DNA of 64,000 bases, taken from contig CAZRCF010000001.1 in assembly GCA_964598505.1 (NCBI GenBank), positions 73,480-137,479 on the forward strand, in the 5' to 3' direction. The notes under the pieces were generated by a model. The model searched no databases, was not told the DNA's origin, and worked only from the letters and a program-made list of their open reading frames with translations. The stretch comes from an uncultured Lentimicrobiaceae bacterium. GTDB taxonomy: Bacteria > Bacteroidota > Bacteroidia > Bacteroidales > WCHB1-69. Position numbers and translations under genes: made by a program. This document shows, piece by piece, positions 28,958 to 37,247 of this stretch. Position 1 is the first letter of the stretch. The number at the start of each line of letters is the position of its first letter.

Positions 28958-29464
28958 CTACATTTGTAATCTTCGATATATTCCTAAAACAGCGTCTGCT
29001 TGCCTAAACGCTGTTGGATTAATACCACCTTTATACATTGCTAAAGCTGTTCTCAAATTTTGATCGGCTATTGCCAATTTTTCTTTGAGAATCCTAGCAC
29101 CATGCAACGTATCGACATCAATATAATATGTTGCATTTGGAGTCATCATTAATCCTTTATATCGAATCCCAGTCCAATTTTCAGGACCTATTGCTTTTTT
29201 ATTGAAGTTACTTTCCGTATACATTAACGCTGTTATCAATTTAGGATTTATTCCAGTTGATTTATGCGATGAATATATTGCATCTGAAAGTTCTTCAATA
29301 TCTTTTTCAGGAGCATCTAACTTCGTTAGATCTTTTTTGATATCCCGAGTTACTACAATTTTGTTAATTTTATTTACTGCCTGCGGAAGAGAATTTGTTA
29401 GATTGACATAAGCTATGCCAACAACAATTACACAAACTATCTGTACTATTCTTGTTAATTTCAT
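28958..29464 (-). CDS. lytic transglycosylase (SLT domain) with an N-terminal membrane anchor
   Basis: ALMYTESNFNKKAIG is the catalytic Glu-Ser region of the SLT family. The hydrophobic N-terminus is IVQIVCVIVVGIAYV. Confidence 0.65.
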   Translation of the reverse strand: MKLTRIVQIVCVIVVGIAYVNLTNSLPQAVNKINKIVVTRDIKKDLTKLDAPEKDIEELSDAIYSSHKSTGINPKLITALMYTESNFNKKAIGPENWTGIRYKGLMMTPNATYYIDVDTLHGARILKEKLAIADQNLRTALAMYKGGINPTAFRQADAVLGIYRRLQM

Positions 29465-29515
29465 CAGCTATACCTCCTTCTTTTATTTGTCTGCGGCAAG
29501 CAGTTAAACTACAAT

Positions 29516-30010
29516 TTATAGACTACAATATATAATTCTTTTATCACCTGTTTCTAAAATAGGTTCAACATCTTTAAATTCTAATTCACCGTTATTACAA
29601 CCCGGTAGCGGTAAATATACCTCCTCCAGATTAAATTTATTAATAAATTCTCCTAATTGATTTAGACTTTGTTCTATTAATTTTAGATCGGCTTTACAAT
29701 GATATCCCGGTATTTGGTTTCCAGGTTTATACATATAACGCACTTTATCTAGAACTTGTTCATAATTTCCAGATGCTGGTTTAACTGGAAATGAAATAAT
29801 TCTTTTTCCTATTGGTCCAACCACATTGCCGTTTTGTTTAATGTGAATTGCCAAATTAATTGGAAGAGTTGGATATCTAGTTGCAGCGGCAAGAGCATTA
29901 CCGCGCCCAAGAACTCCTTGATTATTCTTTTTTATAAATCCATTAGTTGTTATACATATAATTTTACCATTTTCATGCAAGGTTATAATATTTGCTTTTA
30001 TTATGTTCAT
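29516..30010 (-). CDS. hypothetical protein, possible macrodomain-like fold
   Basis: ICITTNGFIKKNNQGVLGRGNALAAATRYP resembles the Gly-rich loop of macro/Poa1p-like domains. This is motif-level evidence only. Confidence 0.4.
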   Translation of the reverse strand: MNIIKANIITLHENGKIICITTNGFIKKNNQGVLGRGNALAAATRYPTLPINLAIHIKQNGNVVGPIGKRIISFPVKPASGNYEQVLDKVRYMYKPGNQIPGYHCKADLKLIEQSLNQLGEFINKFNLEEVYLPLPGCNNGELEFKDVEPILETGDKRIIYCSL

Positions 30011-30052
30011 TTGATTCTCCTAAGTCAAAATTAAGTTATATTGCTTAATTAT

Positions 30053-30073
30053 ATGTATAATTTCTATATGAAA
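30053..30073 (-). promoter_or_regulatory. conserved promoter-like box
   Basis: ATGTATAATTTCTATATGAAA on the + strand. Confidence 0.5.
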
Positions 30074-30089
30074 TCTATTAATATTAAAA

Positions 30090-30123
30090 ATCCGGCAAGC
30101 TCTAGTTTAAGAGCTTGCCGGAT
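30090..30123. terminator. Class-I conserved-stem hairpin
   Basis: ATCCGGCAAGCTCT AGTTTA AGAGCTTGCCGGAT. On the minus strand it is followed by TTTTTA. Confidence 0.6.
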
Positions 30124-30127
30124 TAAA

Positions 30128-30400
30128 TTATTCATATTTAATTTTATTAACTAATTCAGATTTAGCATTTAAAATGTTTACGATTTTTTGTAATACCATT
30201 AATGTATATTTACCATCTGAAAATATTTGTTCTAAATTCTGAAGCGGTAATATATTTCTTAATATTCCTTGTTGTCCAGGTAATCCAATTCCTGATATTT
30301 TACCATGAATGTGCATTGCTAATTTTTCACATTGTGAAGTAACTTCATTAATCTTATCTGTTAGCTCTGTTATTTTATCTAGAGTAGTATCTTCGATCAT
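30128..30400 (-). CDS. hypothetical protein
   Basis: 90-aa ORF that abuts the glycosyltransferase stop. Confidence 0.55.
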   Translation of the reverse strand: MIEDTTLDKITELTDKINEVTSQCEKLAMHIHGKISGIGLPGQQGILRNILPLQNLEQIFSDGKYTLMVLQKIVNILNAKSELVNKIKYE

Positions 30401-32653
30401 TTACTTCTCCTTTATTAAATGTTGAATTCTCTCGATAACTTGTTCTGGTTGGATACTTGTTGTACAAATAAAATTATTTTTGCGTGGACAGAAATCCCAA
30501 TTTGGTTTATCTAGATTTATCGTTGGATCATTAAAACAACCATGACATACGTCTGTGTTTATAATTCTTATACAATCTTGCATTTCAACAAATGTTTCTG
30601 TACAACCAGAAATTAGAACTATTTGTTTTCCCAATCCCCAAGCCAACCAAGCTAATCCATTACTTGTTGTCATTAAGAATTCACAATGTTGAAGATTATT
30701 AACTGTAGTTTCAAAAGTTTTACCAGTTTGATGGACCACTCTCTTTAGAAATGATTTCTCTTTAGCAACTGTCATTACTTTATATCCAAGAGAATTCAAA
30801 TAATCAACTACAGTTTGCCAACCTTTTGGATGATTCCAATACTTACATCTAAAAGTTGAATGTTCTGCAATACAAACATATTTCTCTTTTATTGGTCTTT
30901 TTAATTTCTTCACTTGCATATCTGGTCTAATTTCTTTATATTCTAAACCAAGATAATCTGTTGCAGCTTGCTGTAAAGGTATTAAATGCCAATTATTCTT
31001 ATTAATGTCAAATTGTTTATCTTCCATTCGAATACTATATGTTGCATAAATATTATCAACATTAATACAATAAGGAATAAAATTAATTTCAGGATATGCT
31101 TTTATAAATAAATCATTCAATCCTGTTGCAAGAAAAACGGTACAATTATATTTCTTTCTAAATTCTTCAGCGTAAGGCATCCAGCAAATTCGATCACCAA
31201 TTGCAGTGCTATCTAATACAATAATAACTCTTTTGCCGGTAGGATCAAATAAATGATCTGAATAAACTTCTTCATTTACTTCAACTCTAACTTTCCAATT
31301 AACATGATACTTAATATTAGTTTTAACCCAAGTGTGTGTATCTATTGTTTTTTGATGTAATACTTTATTTGTATTATTATCAATAAATTTAACGTTATAT
31401 TGTAATTCCTTTGGACCATTAATATCAACCATTGCTCCATTATGAAATGAGTATTTAACTGATTCTTCTGGAGATCTATATATACGTTTATAATGATCTT
31501 TTACATCCTCTTCTGTAATTTCTTTTATATGGGTTAAAGCTATATTGACTGCATTTTCCCATGAGAATTTTTTTCTAATTATTTTTGAATCGGCAAGAGC
31601 TTTAATTTTATAATCATTATAATTTTCATATACATCTCTCATTACATGACCAAGATGTTCAAAATCGGGTTCTGCATATGTTCCTTCTAGTTGTTGATCT
31701 TTTTGCATAAAAACTTCTTTTGGCGGCAAATGATCTTTAATGTCAACCATGTGAGAAACATTTTTTGCAAAATGTAATTGCGCACCATAGTTTGAACATA
31801 TAGTTGGCATACCACTAGCAATAGCTTCTATAAGTGGTAAGCCCCAACCTTCTGCTCTGGCGCATGATATCAAGCAATGTCCGGATTTTAAATGAGAAAC
31901 ATATTCTTGCCGACTTGGAAAATGAAGAATTTTAATTCTATCATCTATAAGTTTATGTTTTCTTAAACGTTCTTCAGTTGATTTCATTCCATCTGCTGGA
32001 AACGGATTATCAACAGAAATAATTAAATCTACAGGTTCGGATCTTTTAAATGTATTTAAAAATGCTCGAATAGTTTCTGTTGTAGCTTTTCTGTAATCCC
32101 ATCTTCCAAATATTAAAAACTTAAATCGTCTATCAGTATAATGTTTTAATTTAAGTTCTGGTTCTCCTGGAAAGAATACATCTCCATCAACACCTTCTGG
32201 AACTATTTTAACTAGTCTTTCATCACAACCTTGTTCTATGGTGCAATCTCGTTGCCATTCTGTTGGCACCCAAAGTTGAAGACATTTTTTCCATTGATTA
32301 AAAAATTTCTCGGGTTGACGTGTTATTTCCCATACATTATAACCAATAACTGGTTCATCATAATCTTCATAATAATAGAAATGATTTGTTTCCATTAAAA
32401 TAATATTTAGTATTTTATCATATTCTTGTTTAGCGAAATTACTTCCGAATTCCCAAGGAGCTTCTTTCCAAGTTTGTTTGATAACCATTTGATTATGTAA
32501 ATCATTTAAATGATCGAATTTGTCTATCCATGTGAAATTTCGGATTCTTGTTGGAATATGAGTATTAAGTCTTGTGAAAAAATCACGACTGTGAGCCGCA
32601 TATCCAGTATGTGATATGAAACTACAATGGCCTATTATTCTATCAAATAGCAT
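30401..32653 (-). CDS. two-domain glycosyltransferase (N-terminal GT-B/GT4-like; C-terminal half possibly heptosyltransferase-like)
   Basis: EGWGLPLIEAIASGMPTICSNYGAQLHF is the GT1/GT4 E-x7-E region. The C-terminal DSTAIGDRICWMPYAEEFRKKYNC resembles TibC-type O-heptosyltransferases from memory, with low certainty. Confidence 0.65.
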   Translation of the reverse strand: MLFDRIIGHCSFISHTGYAAHSRDFFTRLNTHIPTRIRNFTWIDKFDHLNDLHNQMVIKQTWKEAPWEFGSNFAKQEYDKILNIILMETNHFYYYEDYDEPVIGYNVWEITRQPEKFFNQWKKCLQLWVPTEWQRDCTIEQGCDERLVKIVPEGVDGDVFFPGEPELKLKHYTDRRFKFLIFGRWDYRKATTETIRAFLNTFKRSEPVDLIISVDNPFPADGMKSTEERLRKHKLIDDRIKILHFPSRQEYVSHLKSGHCLISCARAEGWGLPLIEAIASGMPTICSNYGAQLHFAKNVSHMVDIKDHLPPKEVFMQKDQQLEGTYAEPDFEHLGHVMRDVYENYNDYKIKALADSKIIRKKFSWENAVNIALTHIKEITEEDVKDHYKRIYRSPEESVKYSFHNGAMVDINGPKELQYNVKFIDNNTNKVLHQKTIDTHTWVKTNIKYHVNWKVRVEVNEEVYSDHLFDPTGKRVIIVLDSTAIGDRICWMPYAEEFRKKYNCTVFLATGLNDLFIKAYPEINFIPYCINVDNIYATYSIRMEDKQFDINKNNWHLIPLQQAATDYLGLEYKEIRPDMQVKKLKRPIKEKYVCIAEHSTFRCKYWNHPKGWQTVVDYLNSLGYKVMTVAKEKSFLKRVVHQTGKTFETTVNNLQHCEFLMTTSNGLAWLAWGLGKQIVLISGCTETFVEMQDCIRIINTDVCHGCFNDPTINLDKPNWDFCPRKNNFICTTSIQPEQVIERIQHLIKEK

Positions 32654-32654
32654 A

Positions 32655-32903
32655 TTAACCTCGTTTCTGTTTTACAATCTTTCTAACTTTTGGTTCTTTA
32701 GTCATATCAAACCATTTTTGAGCACTAAATTTTGTTTCTAATAAACAAGATCCATCTTCAAATCTTACAGCGACTGCACATATATTCTCATTTGGCATTG
32801 GATCTGCAGAAATAATCCATCCTTTTGATCCTACTGGATCTGTATATTGTCTGTTTAGTAAAGCCTCCAATAATATTTTATCTTCTGTATTAGCGAAAAC
32901 CAT
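32655..32903 (-). CDS. hypothetical protein
   Basis: 82-aa ORF. Confidence 0.5.
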   Translation of the reverse strand: MVFANTEDKILLEALLNRQYTDPVGSKGWIISADPMPNENICAVAVRFEDGSCLLETKFSAQKWFDMTKEPKVRKIVKQKRG

Positions 32904-33091
32904 TATGTTTCTCCTTTATCAATATCCAATAATGTTTTAAATAGTTCTGATTTAAAGAATTTAACAATTGCAGTTTTATTTTTTAAACCAGTTTCATAAC
33001 TTCCACCACCGTCATAATCTATTTTTATCATAAATTGAGTTGGGTCAGATTTATTTATTTTTTCAAAATTAGTTGTTATATTTATATTCAT
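32903..33091 (-). CDS. hypothetical protein
   Basis: 62-aa ORF with AAAGGAG RBS. Confidence 0.5.
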   Translation of the reverse strand: MNINITTNFEKINKSDPTQFMIKIDYDGGGSYETGLKNKTAIVKFFKSELFKTLLDIDKGET

Positions 33092-33106
33092 TCTAATCTC
33101 CTTTAT

Positions 33107-33256
33107 TCATTTATCATCAAATTCAAGATATCTAGTTGTTAATCTATTGATAAGTGCTAATAAAACTCCTTTAGCAGTTTGCTTATTATACATCATGTGA
33201 ATAAATTCTATTAGCGCGTCTGCCATTTGAATTCCAGCATTTTCTTTTCTTGTCAT
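33107..33256 (-). CDS. hypothetical 49-aa protein
   Basis: Below the track cutoff. Hand-translated as MTRKENAGIQMADALIEF... Its RBS and start context is a copy of that of the next gene. Confidence 0.4.
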   Translation of the reverse strand: MTRKENAGIQMADALIEFIHMMYNKQTAKGVLLALINRLTTRYLEFDDK

Positions 33257-33277
33257 TCTAATCTCCTTTATTCATTT

Positions 33278-33931
33278 TTACACTATATTATTTAGAACAG
33301 CGAATTCACCATGATATTTTAAAGCTGCAGAATTGTAAGTTTCTGCAGCTTCTTCTATTTCTTTAAAATTTCCAAGATTTATCTCTTGATTATTAATTGT
33401 GATTCGAACATGCCATTTTTTACATGCTTTATCCCAAGTAACACCTTTATATCCACTTGTATTGTTTTTATTTTTTCCTCTATTTTGACCATTTTGAGAT
33501 TTAGTACATATTCTTAAATTATTATCTAAACAATTTAATTTATTACCATCTTTATGATCAATTTCATAACCATCTGGAATCTCTTGATCTGATAATTGAA
33601 TAATCGCTTCGTGTAAAAATATATGTTGTTGAATATTATTTTCGTCTGTCCAAATAGCACCAACATATCCATAATTATGTAAATGCCATTTTAATTTAGG
33701 ATTACATATTTGATTATAATATATGGAAAGAAATTTAGCTCTTGTTTTTTCTTTATTATTTTTATCATATAATATAACCCAACAAATATCACCATCGATA
33801 ATGAATTCATTTGCATCTCGACGAGTTCTTTTTGGAATTTCACCATATCTTTTAAATTGTTTGTAATGTTTAATACAATATCCAAGACCAAAATGATCTT
33901 TATTACAATTTTCTATAATGCATAATTTCAC
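33278..33931 (-). CDS. HNH-AP2 homing endonuclease (paralogue of 25517..26185)
   Basis: The HNH string is EIDHKDGNKLNCLDNNLRICTKSQNGQN. The AP2 domain is GYKGVTWDKACKKWHVRITINNQEINLGNFKEIEEAAETYNSAALKYHGEFAVLN. Confidence 0.8.
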   Translation of the reverse strand: MKLCIIENCNKDHFGLGYCIKHYKQFKRYGEIPKRTRRDANEFIIDGDICWVILYDKNNKEKTRAKFLSIYYNQICNPKLKWHLHNYGYVGAIWTDENNIQQHIFLHEAIIQLSDQEIPDGYEIDHKDGNKLNCLDNNLRICTKSQNGQNRGKNKNNTSGYKGVTWDKACKKWHVRITINNQEINLGNFKEIEEAAETYNSAALKYHGEFAVLNNIV

Positions 33932-33934
33932 ACT

Positions 33935-34810
33935 CTAATCTCCTTTTGTTAATTTAACTAAATCAATAATTCTACCCACTGTTGTACTATATAAAGTATC
34001 CCATTGTACATTACCATCAATTTGTATTTGAAATTCACTGAGTTTTTTATCTAAAAGTAATTTATCATATATTTGGGGAATTACAATTCCTTTAACCTTA
34101 GTCATATCAAGATTTGATTTTTGAAATAACTTTGGGTTTCTAAATATACAATAAATGAAATTGCCGGCGCTACCCATTGAAAATACTTCTTTTCCCATAA
34201 TAAAATTATACATGCTCATTCCATTAATAAACATATCTTGTTTCGCCCATTTACCTGGAATTGAAATATTAGAAAGTTCAAGATTGTTAATATTATCTTT
34301 GAATTCAACATTAAATCTATTAACAATATCTGAAGTCTTTGAAAGTCTTTCTTTAGAATGTAATTTATCATTTAGAACTACATTTTCAATAATTTCCCGA
34401 AGCATATCCTGTGTCATTTTGGCAGCGTTGCTCCGAACTACCTGAATACCAGTATACTCAATTTCTGGATTATCTAATATCTTTCCTTTTTTAGCTTCAA
34501 GTTTATAAGCGTAGTTCTTCTTCACATCAAGAAACATTATTGCACTCATTAGCATTTCAGACTTAAAGTAAGTTGCATTCTGATCAATTGATATGTTTGA
34601 TTTAGGTAGAAAATACTCATTTAAATATTTCGTAACTGCTACATTAATATCATTTGATACTTTGTCTGCTATTACTAATTTTTCTTGGGTTGTTAAATTT
34701 TCGGAATTTTTAGCTGGGATTGCTATAAAAAGTGAGTCGGTGTCACCATAAAGGATATGTTTTAAAGCTCCTGGCTTCTCGACATCATCGTAAAAATTTT
34801 TAGAGAGCAT
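33935..34810 (-). CDS. family-B DNA polymerase, C-terminal fragment (motif C plus thumb)
   Basis: LYGDTDSLFIAIP is PolB motif C and VKKNYAYKL is the KKRY-type motif. There are no exonuclease, motif A or motif B sequences in this ORF. Confidence 0.85.
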   Translation of the reverse strand: MLSKNFYDDVEKPGALKHILYGDTDSLFIAIPAKNSENLTTQEKLVIADKVSNDINVAVTKYLNEYFLPKSNISIDQNATYFKSEMLMSAIMFLDVKKNYAYKLEAKKGKILDNPEIEYTGIQVVRSNAAKMTQDMLREIIENVVLNDKLHSKERLSKTSDIVNRFNVEFKDNINNLELSNISIPGKWAKQDMFINGMSMYNFIMGKEVFSMGSAGNFIYCIFRNPKLFQKSNLDMTKVKGIVIPQIYDKLLLDKKLSEFQIQIDGNVQWDTLYSTTVGRIIDLVKLTKGD

Positions 34811-34813
34811 TTA

Positions 34814-35206
34814 TTACTCCTTATGTGGATTTACTAATTTAACTTCTTTACCTTGATCAATTAATTCCATTTGATCTAATAATTCATCTTGAGTCATATC
34901 TGGATCATTCCACATATTTAAAAGAGGAATTCTGTATTTTTGAATTCTTTCAATTAAAGAATTTAATTCTGTTGTATTTATAAGAGTTTTATATGATCCA
35001 GAAATAAATTTTATTTTACTACCGTCTTCATTTAAAGAAATCGAAAATCCAGAAAACTCTAATCCTTTTTTGAAGAATTTTACTCTTGGTCCATATTGAA
35101 TCTTTTTATTACCTGGTTGTAAAATATGCATTTTTAAATTGACCCCAAACTTATGAGATCTTGGACCAATATTTGCCATATCCATTATTACTTCAAAATT
35201 ATCCAT
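34814..35206 (-). CDS. hypothetical protein
   Basis: 130-aa ORF with AAGGAGTG RBS. Confidence 0.55.
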   Translation of the reverse strand: MDNFEVIMDMANIGPRSHKFGVNLKMHILQPGNKKIQYGPRVKFFKKGLEFSGFSISLNEDGSKIKFISGSYKTLINTTELNSLIERIQKYRIPLLNMWNDPDMTQDELLDQMELIDQGKEVKLVNPHKE

Positions 35207-35232
35207 TTATCACTCCTTATTGATTGTTTATA

Positions 35233-35254
35233 AAATAATATTTCTATATAAAAA
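35233..35254 (-). promoter_or_regulatory. conserved promoter-like box
   Basis: AAATAATATTTCTATATAAAAA on the + strand. Confidence 0.5.
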
Positions 35255-35262
35255 ATGATGTA

Positions 35263-35295
35263 ATCCGGCAAGATCAAGTTAAGATCTTGCCGGAT
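35263..35295. terminator. Class-I conserved-stem hairpin
   Basis: ATCCGGCAAGATC AAGTTA AGATCTTGCCGGAT. The core and loop are identical to the copy at 41317-41347. Confidence 0.6.
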
Positions 35296-35305
35296 TAAAT
35301 ATCTT

Positions 35306-35458
35306 TCATAATAAGAATTTTAATGTAATAATTTCAAATCCATCATGTTCTTTATCATCGAATACACATTCATAAGGAATTTTTTGCTCTTGTAATAGCT
35401 CATTTACTTTAGCTATAATAGTAAAAATATCATCATCATGTTCGATTCTTATTTCCAT
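35306..35458 (-). CDS. hypothetical 50-aa acidic protein
   Basis: Below the track cutoff, with GAAGGAG RBS. Hand-translated as MEIRIEHDDDIFTIIAKVNELL... Confidence 0.4.
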   Translation of the reverse strand: MEIRIEHDDDIFTIIAKVNELLQEQKIPYECVFDDKEHDGFEIITLKFLL

Positions 35459-35493
35459 TATATTAATTCTCCTTCTCTTAATTTTATTTACTA

Positions 35494-35778
35494 TTATTTT
35501 AGGTCTTTACTCCAAGAGCAGGTTTCTTCATATGATTTATCTCTTGTCGATTCTACATTTTTTATTACTTCATAAAGATTCACTTGAATTCTTCCACCTA
35601 TTTCAATCATACGTTCTAAACTTGGAATTAATGATTTTGAACAACTAATCCCACTTGATCCACTACTAGATTGTGAATTTGGAACAAATAATTCAACTAA
35701 TAATGAACTTTGATTATTAATATTAATTATAATAGAATTAAGTTCACTACATAAATCTGGAACTTTTTTATTTGACAT
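35494..35778 (-). CDS. hypothetical protein
   Basis: 94-aa ORF. Confidence 0.5.
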   Translation of the reverse strand: MSNKKVPDLCSELNSIIININNQSSLLVELFVPNSQSSSGSSGISCSKSLIPSLERMIEIGGRIQVNLYEVIKNVESTRDKSYEETCSWSKDLK

Positions 35779-35988
35779 TTATTTCTTCCTTTCTACAAAA
35801 ACAATATGTCCATCGATTGTTCTTGGTTCATGTGTTGATTCAGGGAATATATTATTATTTTTCTTATTAGTTACTTTAATTTTGTAATCAACTAATTCTT
35901 TAAATGCAACTTTCAAAGGAACTATTTTTGCTTGATCTTTTCTTTTTTTATCCGCTTCATTCATACTGATTTTTTCTCCTTCTTCCAA
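35779..35988 (-). CDS. hypothetical protein
   Basis: 69-aa ORF that overlaps the rtcB 3' end by 28 nt. Confidence 0.45.
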   Translation of the reverse strand: MEEGEKISMNEADKKRKDQAKIVPLKVAFKELVDYKIKVTNKKNNNIFPESTHEPRTIDGHIVFVERKK

Positions 35989-37247
35989 GGTTTTTCTTCT
36001 GAATCATCTTTCATGTTATGAATAGGAATTATTCTATCGATAATTGTAGCTGTCGGTTCAATACATTTAATGATTAAATCTGAATCTTTATAAGCTTTCT
36101 TACACTCATCAAGTGTATTAATTCCAATAGAAGTTGAGAAAATTCCTTTTTTATCCATACCTTGTTTATATTCTTCTAAACTTAAAACTTCTTTTGCTTT
36201 AGTTCTAGACAACAATCTTCCTGCTCCATGTGGTGCTGAAAAATTCCATTCTGAATTTGATTTACCTTCACATATAAGAATACCATCTTCCATATTTAAA
36301 GGAATGATCATTTTTTCACCAATGTAAGATCTAATAGCACCTTTTCTAATTATATTATCTTTAGGATCAATATAATTGTGAACAATTTCAATAAGATCTA
36401 AAAATGAATATTTATTACCTAATTCAATAATTGAAGCTATAATATCATTCATTATATACATTCTATTTGTCATTGCATACCAGGAAGAAAATTCCATATC
36501 TTCAAGATATAGTTTTTTATTTTCTCCTTCAATATAATCAAGTTCTGTTTTTTTATGATTATTTATTTCTTGTCTTAATTTAAGTATTCTGTCATTCCAT
36601 TCTTCTTTTGAATAACATATTTTTATTTCAGATAAACCTACATTAAAATTTATTGTATCTTTTATAGAAGCTACGTTTTGCCAATATTCACAAACCTTCT
36701 TTCCAAGATTTCTAGATCCAGTATGAACAGTCACCCAGGTATCTTCAGTTGATATAGATTTCCCCATTTCTATGAAATGATTCCCAGAACCGAGAGTTCC
36801 GATACTACATTGGGCATAAAATGGATCTATTCCAATTCTTTTACAAAAAGATTTAAACCATTCATAAGACCATTTTGGATTTACATATTCCCACACTATA
36901 TCTCTTTCAAAATTGAGAACAGGTTTTTTTCTAATGTTTTGACCAAATGGAATTTTCTCTCTTATTTTCTTATCTAATTCAATTCGATCTAATTCAATTT
37001 TTCCAATATTAAATGATAACATTCCACAATTTCCATCCACACCAACTACATTAGGGCTTACTTTATCACCAACCAGCATAGTAAATCCAATAACAGATCC
37101 TGTTCCTGAGTGACAATCTGGCATAATTGATACTGGGTTTGTGAATGCTTCATGATTAATCATTTCAATAATTTGTAATCTACATTTTTCATCAACAGTA
37201 TCGATCATTATTTTAGCAGAGGTGTATTTTCCAGTAAGTTCAATCAT
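35961..37247 (-). CDS. rtcB: RtcB-family RNA 3'-phosphate ligase
   Basis: The RtcB signature strings are present: VGVDGNCGM, GSGNHFIE, HTGSRNLG and SAPHGAGR. Confidence 0.85.
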   Translation of the reverse strand: MIELTGKYTSAKIMIDTVDEKCRLQIIEMINHEAFTNPVSIMPDCHSGTGSVIGFTMLVGDKVSPNVVGVDGNCGMLSFNIGKIELDRIELDKKIREKIPFGQNIRKKPVLNFERDIVWEYVNPKWSYEWFKSFCKRIGIDPFYAQCSIGTLGSGNHFIEMGKSISTEDTWVTVHTGSRNLGKKVCEYWQNVASIKDTINFNVGLSEIKICYSKEEWNDRILKLRQEINNHKKTELDYIEGENKKLYLEDMEFSSWYAMTNRMYIMNDIIASIIELGNKYSFLDLIEIVHNYIDPKDNIIRKGAIRSYIGEKMIIPLNMEDGILICEGKSNSEWNFSAPHGAGRLLSRTKAKEVLSLEEYKQGMDKKGIFSTSIGINTLDECKKAYKDSDLIIKCIEPTATIIDRIIPIHNMKDDSEEKPWKKEKKSV

